DNA of 6,992 nucleotides from Octopus sinensis (lineage: Eukaryota), in the NCBI RefSeq assembly GCF_006345805.1, contig NW_021829119.1:1-6992 (forward strand), given 5' to 3'. The notes beneath the pieces were generated by a model. That model did no database searches. It had not been told where the DNA came from and worked only from the letters and a program-made list of their open reading frames with translations. Shown here piece by piece: positions 1 to 6,850 of this stretch. Within the stretch, counting starts at the first letter, position 1; every line of letters starts with the position of its first letter. The position numbers and the translations under genes were made by a program.

Positions 1-43
<43 letters not shown>
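1..43. repeat. (TA)n microsatellite, also the tail of the adjacent minus-strand SINE
   Basis: Near-pure AT dinucleotide run at the window start. Confidence 0.95.
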
Positions 44-47
<4 letters not shown>

Positions 48-48
<1 letters not shown>

Positions 49-202
49 GATGGGCTTCTTTCAGTTTCCGTCTACCAAATCTACTCACAAGACTTTGGTC
101 GCCCGAGGCTATAGTAGAAGACACTTGGCTCGAGGTGGCCACGCAGTGGGACTGAATCTAGCACTATGTGGTTGGTACTTACCACACAGCCACTCCTGCG
201 CC

Positions 203-204
<2 letters not shown>
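48..204 (-). mobile_element. tRNA-derived SINE, family A (octopus CORE-like SINE), copy 1
   Basis: Minus strand reads GGCGCAGGAGTGGCTGTGTGG (A box, 182-192), GATTCAGTCCC (degenerate B box, 148-158), GCCAAGTGTCTTCTACTATAGCCTCGGG (CORE-like), then GAAACTGAAAGAAGCCC and (TA)n. Homologous to 4336-4480 and 4618-4738 in this window. Family assignment is from recall. Confidence 0.85.
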
Positions 205-243
<39 letters not shown>

Positions 244-430
244 ATATATGTATATATAGGCATGCATATATTTAACCATACGTTTACATGTATCTATGTG
301 TGCATTCATAAATATATATATATATGTATGTATGTATGCATAAGCGTATACGTATATCTCTTTATTCATATGTATCTACATCTACAGACATGTTCACATA
401 CATGTGTACACGCATACATGTACACAGACA
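205..430. repeat. (TA)n followed by degenerate (TA/CA/TG)n low-complexity sequence
   Basis: Pure (TA)n at ~206-241, then degenerate TATG/CATA repeats. Confidence 0.85.
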
Positions 431-510
431 AGCATAGAAATGTGAAACATATTGATTTCATTATCGCGTTATTACATAGTATTCAACCAACATGATATAT
501 AACATGTGAT

Positions 511-559
511 ACAATAACAACAAAGAACATTCACAACAACAAGAACAACAACGGAAGCA

Positions 560-593
<34 letters not shown>
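511..593 (+). repeat. Compound (CAA)n/(CAG)n trinucleotide repeat
   Basis: Degenerate CAA/AAC run, then CAG CAA (CAG)9 CAA at 558-593. Confidence 0.9.
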
Positions 594-595
<2 letters not shown>

Positions 596-679
596 TCTGT
601 TGGAACTCCAAGAAGGACATCAGGGGCTGCTTGTACTTCGACTGCTAAAATATAGTTAGTTGTCTTGCAACGTCTTCCA

Positions 680-1166
680 TACACGTGCGCGCATGCACAA
701 ACACGATCACGTAAACTCACACACACACATATACATACACACACATGCACATTCGTGTACACACGCGCGTACATGCACGCGCATGCACAAATGTATAGTT
801 GTAAACACTACAAGCAATCATGTACAATATTTACACACACACACACACACACGCACACATATATATGCTCATACACACGCACACAAGCGCAAATACATAT
901 TTGTACACACCACACACATATCCACGCATAAAATTTTACACACATATACACATACACACATATAATATCTATATAGCTTCGCATACGCTTTCATACATAA
1001 TCACATTTTTGCTCCTTTTCACACAGACACACACACACGCACACACTCAACTTTACACAGACACGCACTTATACATGTACATAATTTCACACACACACAC
1101 GCGCGCATGCTGACTTTCACATACACACACACGCACATACACACACACATACATACACATATACAT
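680..1166. repeat. Degenerate (CA)n/(CATA)n microsatellite field
   Basis: Repeated ACACAC, ACGCAC and ACATAC tracts; these produce the His/Thr-rich ORFs at 660-1113. Confidence 0.9.
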
Positions 1167-1626
1167 TGTAATGATTGCCTAGTTCCCTTTCATGAATGAA
1201 GTAGTCATTGTATGAAAATTGGGGTAGAAATAATAACCAAATGCCCTCAATTTAACCGTTATCCATCTGCTATGTGAGGATGCATTAGATGTCCTAGATT
1301 AATACGTCTAAAATTAATTAGGGATGGCCATATTGGCAAAATCATTTGATCATATCCATAAGTCTCGGTCGATACAAGAACCTAATTCTTTTATGAAATC
1401 CACCGATGTTAGGATGTTGTGATGTTCATTCTTTTCCAAGAAGTCACAACCTGTATTTTTCAAGTGACTTCAGCTGAGAATTGAAACCCAAACGTCGGTT
1501 TACCCCAACCGTTGCAGCTCCTATTTTGCTCGTTAGATATTAAGATCTTAAGACTAAAATGAAATGGCGTTCTTTGTTGTTGTTGTTAGTGACCTTGGTG
1601 CTTAACTCCTGGTTATTTCTGATTAA

Positions 1627-1847
1627 GGCGGCGAGCTGGCAGAATCGTTAGCGCGCCGGGTGAAATGCTTAGTGGTATTTCGTCTGTCGTTACGTTGTGA
1701 GTTCAAATCCCGCCGAGGTTGACTTTGCCTTTCATCCTTTCGGGATCGATAAATAAAGTACCAGTTTCGCACTGGGGTCGATGTAATCGACATAATCCCT
1801 TTGTTTGTCCCCTCTATGTTTAGCTTCTTGTGGGCTGTAAAGAAATA
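1627..1847 (+). mobile_element. tRNA-derived SINE, family B (Meta-domain-like core), full length with 13-bp TSD
   Basis: Starts GGCGGCGAGC; A box TGGCAGAATCG at 1637-1647; B box GTTCAAATCC at 1701-1710. Central GCCTTTCATCCTTTCGGGATCGATAAATAAAGTACCAG (1727-1764) resembles the MetaSINE-type domain (recall). Flanked by the perfect direct repeat TATTTCTGATTAA at 1614-1626 and 1848-1860. Homologous to 3534-3747. Confidence 0.92.
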
Positions 1848-1916
1848 TATTTCTGATTAAAGAAAGCAGAGCAGTTTCCCATTTAGCTCTTCAAATACTG
1901 AGCTCTGGTGACGACA

Positions 1917-1997
1917 ATGGAAAGAAGTCCAGTATTATTGCTGCTGTTATTCTTAGCGTTCTTGCTGTTCCTCAACCCCAACGGAAGCTCTGGTTAG
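1917..1997 (+). other. Short ORF or possible exon encoding a signal-peptide-like sequence (MERSPVLLLLLFLAFLLFLNPNGSSG)
   Basis: ATG in ACAATGG context; upstream acceptor-like TTTCCCATTTAG (AG 1885-1886); possible phase-1 donor GTTAGA at 1993. It may instead be a degenerate (CTG/TTG/TTA) triplet tract. Confidence 0.2.
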
Positions 1998-2202
1998 AGA
2001 AATTCTTCATTCGAGTCATTCACGACCGTCTCTTCTTGTTTTCAAGTAAAGAGTATCTATATTTAGGACACCATTATCCAAAAACGGTGTGAAATGATAA
2101 GATGCGATTTGTGGGAGCTATAACTGTTGTTTATAACAAGTCGAGTAAACCATGTAATGAAGAAAGAAGTAGAGTCAAGTGGAGTTCCTTCCATAGTACA
2201 GT

Positions 2203-2578
2203 CCCCAAAGTCCATCCCCTCCTCACCGTGGTGGGGACGCTGGCAACAGGTAGTGTCAGAGCTATGCCGTCGGGAACTTCGGTTCCTGGTAGGGCCACCC
2301 AAGCGGGATTGGTCTGACACCGAGTGGTATTAGGGCCACAACCCGGCAGACGGAGCTCTGGTGAAAATCCTCAGAGTGTCTATTTCGGCAACCGGCGGCT
2401 CCTCGGTCGTTCTGTCCCTGCATCTGCTGACAATCTGCGGCAAACAGGATGTCTCTACATGCGCGATTGTCGGGGACCGCTTGTGAAATCCACATATTCC
2501 CACGAAACTTCTTCCATGGTAGAAGAAGCCGACTCAACCCGCCCAGGGTGAATGTCGCCACAAGTACAAGTAAGTATA
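2203..2578 (+). mobile_element. Non-autonomous RTE-clade-derived retroposon (RTE 5' UTR-like head plus short-tandem tail, no ORF)
   Basis: GC-rich island in AT-rich DNA. Flanked by CATAGTACAGT (2192-2202) and CATAGTATAGT (2579-2589), 10/11 identical. Ends in CAAGTA CAAGTA AGTA (2561-2576). Motifs CGTGGTG...GAGCTATGCCGT...GGTAGGGCCACCCAAG match remembered BovB/Expander (RTE) 5' UTR motifs. Confidence 0.65.
2220..2339 (+). ncRNA. Candidate structured RNA element in the RTE-like 5' end
   Basis: Stems read directly: 2220-2226/2231-2237 (loop CGUG); 2253-2260/2313-2320 (8 bp perfect); 2266-2277/2282-2295 capped by cUUCGg; 2298-2300/2305-2307; 2324-2328/2335-2339. Confidence 0.5.
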
Positions 2579-2949
2579 CATAGTATAGTACTGATATTTA
2601 TTTGATCGTTGTAACTGAAACAGAGTCGGTCTTGGCCGGATTTTGAAACATGATACATAGAACAGCAACACCAAAGTCGCTCTTTTAAAAGTCACACTTT
2701 TGTTAACCCCGGATTTTAAAGTAATCACTAACAAAATGCGACACACAGGATTTTCTGAATGGCACGCAAAAATAAAAAGAAACCTTGAAAGCTTTTAGCT
2801 GATTACCCCGATTGATGATAAGTCATGTCTGATGCGGCCTATTTCTCGAAAAAGTTTGCCCGCATCTTTGAAATCTAAAGTATTGTCCAACCATATCGTC
2901 AATCCGGAGTTCTTTAAAAAACACAAGTACCACTAGGATGTTACGAAAC

Positions 2950-3495
2950 ATATGATGGTCTATCAAACTATTGATCTGATGGTCGATTGATCTACTTTTA
3001 CAGACAGCCACAGATAGTCTGATGGACCCTTGGTCTTTGCCTAAGCCTAGGTTGGTCTTCGGATTAATTCATCTGATGGTCCATTGATCTTAATCTACAA
3101 CCTGTAACTATCTTTCTGTCTGTTAGTCTGATGATCTACTGGCCCTTGTCTCAATCAGAGATAGTCTGTCTGATATTCCAAGTGACCATTTGGCTATGTC
3201 TATAGTCTGAGGTCCTTTGATCTATATCTACAACCAATAATAGTCTTTTTCTTCGATGGTCAACTCTTCTGTTGTTCCCTTAGTATGTTTAAAGCTACAG
3301 ATGGTCTCTGTCTCTATTGGTCTAACGATCTCTTTGCCTATATCTACAACGAATGACGGTCTTTCGATCTGTTGGACTAATGACCTAATTACACATTATC
3401 TACTATCCTGTTGGTCTGTTTCCACAACCAGTGATAGACTATCTCTCTGTTCGTCTGATGGTCTACGGATCCGCTGGTGTGAGGGCCCTTGATCC
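2950..3495. repeat. Degenerate minisatellite, unit ~40-60 bp (TCTGATGGTC...GATCTATATCTACAACCA...ATAGTCT)
   Basis: TCTGATGGTC-like words start at 2975, 3018, 3072, 3127, 3169, 3206, 3252, 3297, 3321 and 3454; TCTACAAC-like words at 3094, 3227, 3343 and 3421. Confidence 0.7.
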
Positions 3496-3533
3496 ATGAC
3501 TAGAGACAGTGTTATTCTACAATTGCAAATATT

Positions 3534-3747
3534 TGTTTCAAGTTCTGGCACAAGGCCAACAATTTTGGGGGAAGGGGTAGTCGACCCAGGGTTACATCGA
3601 CCCCAGGATTCAACTGATACATATTTTATCAACCTCGAAAGGACAAAAGTCGACCTCGGCTCCATTTGAACGCAGGACGTAAAGACGGACGGAGTTCCGC
3701 AAAACATTTTTCCCGGCGCGACAACCATTCTGCCAGCTCACCGCCTT
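3534..3747 (-). mobile_element. tRNA-derived SINE, family B, diverged copy with a different 3' tail
   Basis: Minus strand starts AAGGCGGTGAGCTGGCAGAATGGTT and contains GTTCAAATGGAGCCGAGGTCGACTTT and GGGGTCGATGTAA, matching 1627-1790. Flanking direct repeats AATTGCAAATATT (3521-3533) and AACTGCAAATATT (3751-3763). Confidence 0.88.
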
Positions 3748-3945
3748 GATAACTGCAAATATTGGCGGCGTTTAGTGGGACAATTCTTCATTTTTGCTGG
3801 CTTAGTTTTGGCTTTAGTTCTTCAAAAATGTTAGCTTGTTTTTAGTAGATCTCAGCCACGCTCATGCTGGGATATCAACTGCATATCCATCATCACATTT
3901 TACACTAAATATTAAAATAACTTCAGAGTGAGAATATTTGTTATA

Positions 3946-4182
3946 CAGAGTGGCCCAAAAGTAGGTTTACAGTTATTCAACTGCGTCTTTCACATTCATA
4001 TATGAACAGTTTAGATCATAATTATAAAAAAAATATATGAAGCCATTATTCCATGTTAATTTAATTAATTTTGTCAAGCTCCTTTTTCAGATAGTAAGAT
4101 AGAAATCTAAATGTAATAAATTGTTTTAAAAGATTTAAAGTGCCTACGTGACATCTGTAAGCCTACTTTTGGGCCACCCCTG
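3946..4182. mobile_element. Tc1/mariner-superfamily MITE (237 bp) with ~27-bp TIRs and TA TSD
   Basis: Left TIR CAGAGTGGCCCAAAAGTAGGTTTACAG (3946-3972). Right TIR reverse complement CAGGGGTGGCCCAAAAGTAGGCTTACAG (4155-4182). TA at 3944-3945 and 4183-4184; AT-rich non-coding interior. Confidence 0.9.
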
Positions 4183-4335
4183 TACATTAATGTAATCGTG
4201 AGGAGAAAAGAATCGACCACGAATAAATTTAATATTGGTATCTATGTGCGTATGTATGATGACTGTATACGCTGTGTGCGTACATTGTGTGTATCTATTT
4301 GTGTATGTGTGTATCTAAGTGACTGATTTTGTATG

Positions 4336-4480
4336 TGCAGACGTGAGATGCCGTGAATCTGTTTGTGTCGCAACCACATGGTTCCGGGTTCAATCTCACT
4401 GCGTTTTGTCGACTATAGCTTTGGGCCGACCAAAACTTTGTGAGTGGATTTCGTAGACAGAAACTGAAAGAAGCCCGTTG
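4336..4480 (+). mobile_element. tRNA-derived SINE, family A, copy 2 (5'-degenerate, internal deletion)
   Basis: CAACCACATGGTTCCGGGTTCAATCTCACTGCG...ACTATAGCTTTGGGCCGACCAAAACTTTGTGAGTGGATTTCGTAGACAGAAACTGAAAGAAGCCCGTTG followed by a (TA)n tail; matches the reverse complement of 48-204. The 5' boundary is approximate. Confidence 0.85.
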
Positions 4481-4508
4481 TATATAATATATATATATAT
4501 ATATATCC

Positions 4509-4572
<64 letters not shown>

Positions 4573-4617
4573 GTGTGTGTGTGTGTATATATGTATGTGT
4601 GTATATATATACACACA
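4481..4617. repeat. (TA)n/(TG)n/(CA)n microsatellite shared as tails by two inverted SINEs
   Basis: Direct reading of the sequence. Confidence 0.92.
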
Positions 4618-4738
4618 CGTCAGGCTTCTTTCGGTTCCCGTCTATTCGCTCACAAGGATTTGGTAGGCGAGGTTGTAGTAGAATGGGACTGAACCCGGAA
4701 CCATGTGGTTGGTAAACAAGCTACTTACCACACAGCCA
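4618..4738 (-). mobile_element. tRNA-derived SINE, family A, copy 3 (internally deleted)
   Basis: Minus strand TGGCTGTGTGGTAAGTAGCTTGTTTACCAACCACATGGTTCCGGGTTCAGTCCC (A and B boxes) ... GAAAGAAGCC; same orientation as and homologous to 48-204. Confidence 0.85.
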
Positions 4739-4885
4739 TATATTTATATATGTATGTGTGTGTATGCATGTATGCATATATGTATATATGTAGGTGTGCG
4801 TATGTGTGAGTGTATATAGACAGACATGCATGCACACACACACAACAATATCTGTGTATATGCGTGCATATACATATATGTATGT
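4739..4885. repeat. Degenerate (TA/TG/CA)n low-complexity tract
   Basis: TATG/TGTG/CACA repeats. Confidence 0.8.
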
Positions 4886-5124
4886 GAGCAGGTTCGTGTC
4901 TGGGTAAAAAATATAAATGCAAGTGAGTAACAGGATTATGCTTTCATCATGTTAAAATACGTGGCCCTTCGTACAAAAAAATATAGAAATGAATAAAAAG
5001 GTTTCCCTGCGATTAAGAAATAAGAAACTGTGGTTATCAGTGCTGCTGGAAATATTTTAATTTGGAAAAAGAAATCGTGTCTGAGGTATATTATATCGGG
5101 TATAAATGGCGATCGCTGAGAGGC

Positions 5125-5265
5125 AGATAGATAGATAGACAGAGAGATAAATAAGCAGAAAGAAGGTAAGAGAGAGTTAGAAAGAGAGGGGGAGAGTCAG
5201 AGAGAGTTAGAGAAGGAGAGAGACAGAGACATATAGGGAGAGAGACGCAGAGAGAGAGAGAGAGA
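5125..5265. repeat. (GATA)n/(GA)n polypurine tract
   Basis: AGATAGATAG... and GAGAGAGA... runs; strongly purine-biased on the + strand. Confidence 0.85.
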
Positions 5266-5398
5266 AACGTGCATGGTCAATAACATACACAAACTCATGT
5301 GAGGACGCGTATACGCGCTGATCTTTCCATATAGTCAGAAATATAGATAGAATAAATAGATTCACTGTTTTATCATACATACATAATATGCATATAAA

Positions 5399-5726
5399 AT
5401 GGCCCAGTGGTTAGGGCAGCGGACTCGCGGTCATAGGATCGCGGTTTCGATTCCCAGACCGTGCGTTGTGAGTGTTTATTGAGAGAAAACACTTAAAGGT
5501 TCACGAGCTCCGGCAGAGGGTCGTGACGAACCCTGCTCTACTCTTTCACCACAACTTTCTCTCACTCTTACTTCCTGTTTCTGTTGTACCTGTATTTCAA
5601 AAGGACCACCCTTGTCACACTCTGTGTCACGCTGAATCTCTCCGAGAACTACGTCAAGAGTACACGTTAATTTCACGAGCAGGCTGTTCCGTTGATCAAC
5701 TGGAAGCCTCGTCGTCGTGCGACGAC
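5399..5726 (+). mobile_element. tRNA-derived SINE, family C (octopus-type), slightly 5'-truncated
   Basis: A box TGGCCCAGTGG (5400-5410); B-box-like GGTTTCGATTCCC (5443-5455); tRNA-like head, ~270-bp unrelated body, ending in a GTCGTC-GTGC-GACGAC hairpin and a (TA)n field. Resembles octopus tRNA-derived SINEs (recall). Confidence 0.8.
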
Positions 5727-5864
5727 ATATATATATGTATGTATGTATATTATATATTGTATATTATGTTTTGTATATGTAATATTGTATATATATATAT
5801 ATATGTATGTCATATCCACACACATAATATTATGTATATATATGTATACATAATATATATATAT

Positions 5865-5895
<31 letters not shown>

Positions 5896-6130
5896 CTATA
5901 TAAATATATAAATATATACATATAATATACATAATATATAGATATGTATACATAATATATATATATATATATATATACATATATACATATATATGTATAC
6001 ATAATTATATATATATGTATATATATAATACATACATAAGATATATATATTTATATATATACACACCCACATACACACACACACTCACATACACACGCAC
6101 ACACACATATATATATATATATAGATATAC
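5727..6130. repeat. Long degenerate (TA)n/(CA)n microsatellite field
   Basis: Direct reading; source of the Ile/Tyr-rich ORFs. Confidence 0.93.

Positions 6131-6209
<79 letters not shown>
6131..6209. repeat. Perfect (TAGA/GATA)n tetranucleotide microsatellite, ~19-20 units
   Basis: Uninterrupted TAGA repeat. Confidence 0.97.
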
Positions 6210-6495
6210 CCAAGGAGACAAATAAGCAGATTGTGTCAAGGAGAGGTATGTAACTACACACACGCACACAAACCAATCAGAAACGGCATATTTCAGATTT
6301 AAAACACTAAAACAAAAACCCCACCAAATTAGGTGAATGAATAATGAAAGTTGAATGAAGATTAAGTTGAAAGACTCATCATTCGACAGAGGGGAGATAA
6401 GGGTTTAATAATTGACTATAAGAGACAGATCCTTAATTTTAATCAGAAGCCACGGCTTTACTCCTTTTACCATCTCTGCAATATTTTTTCCCCAG

Positions 6496-6687
6496 CAGAA
6501 TTACTAATCTCAGTCACTCCTCTGCCTGTGCTGCGGAGCAGTTGAGTGAGTGCTCACTGCTACTGTTGAGAGAGAGCGACGTCCGTAGCGATGGTGGTGG
6601 TGGTGGTAGTGGGGGAGGTGGTGATGTCGGCATGTCGCGTAGCGGTTGTCGGTTCACGGTGACGAACACACAGACACAGAATACGTT
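6496..6687 (+). other. Candidate exon (internal symmetric exon or 5' UTR exon)
   Basis: Polypyrimidine tract ending TATTTTTTCCCCAG|CAG (AG 6494-6495, NAGNAG); donor GTAAGA at 6688; 192 nt, open in one frame; CpG-rich relative to its flanks; Inr-like TCAGTC at 6510-6515. Confidence 0.3.
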
Positions 6688-6796
6688 GTAAGAATATTGT
6701 TGTATATCGCGTGAGAGTTGAGTTTCAAGATAGAACAGGCCAACACAGAGCTTCGCCCTTACTCCTTTTTTTGATGCTTGTTTATTATGTATCATT

Positions 6797-6822
6797 GTGT
6801 TGTGTGTGTGTGTGTGTGTGTG
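6797..6822. repeat. (TG)n microsatellite
   Basis: Direct reading. Confidence 0.9.
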
Positions 6823-6850
6823 GGCACAGAGGGGGTGTGTGCAACTTCGC

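Noticed and set aside
50-1113. ORFs rich in YI/HT/CV dipeptides (also those at 4295-4922 and 5472-6269)
   Set aside because: They are translations of dinucleotide or tetranucleotide repeats and SINE sequence, with no protein-like features.
1320-1390. Possible remnant of another octopus interspersed repeat (GGATGG...TTTGATCATA...)
   Set aside because: Only vague recalled similarity; no second copy, TSD or terminal structure in the window.
1540-1551. 12-bp palindrome TTAAGATCTTAA
   Set aside because: Expected by chance in several kb of AT-rich DNA.
2324-2345. GUGG-UAUUAGGG-CCAC resembles the pistol ribozyme P1 hairpin
   Set aside because: There is no downstream CCCUAA pseudoknot partner or other pistol core.
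2449-2575. ATG at 2449 with an apparent splice donor AA|GTAAGT at 2570
   Set aside because: The GTAAGT is part of the CAAGTA/AAGT tandem tail of the element; exonisation cannot be supported from sequence alone.
2063-2746. Cluster of overlapping 67-99 aa ORFs, including + ORFs 2102-2317 and 2324-2551 in one frame separated by a single TGA
   Set aside because: No recognisable domain. High GC within a TSD-flanked retroposon explains the scarcity of stops; there is no support for readthrough or selenocysteine.
2369-3140. Hammerhead-like CUGANGA words (minus strand at 2369-2375; CTGATGA at 3128)
   Set aside because: No correctly spaced GAAA or three-stem architecture.
2950-3495. CRISPR-like repeat/spacer array
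   Set aside because: The repeats are short, degenerate and irregularly spaced, the intervening sequences are related to each other, the context is eukaryotic, and there are no cas genes.
5399-5465. Possible tRNA gene
   Set aside because: No acceptor stem or clean cloverleaf; it continues into a SINE body.
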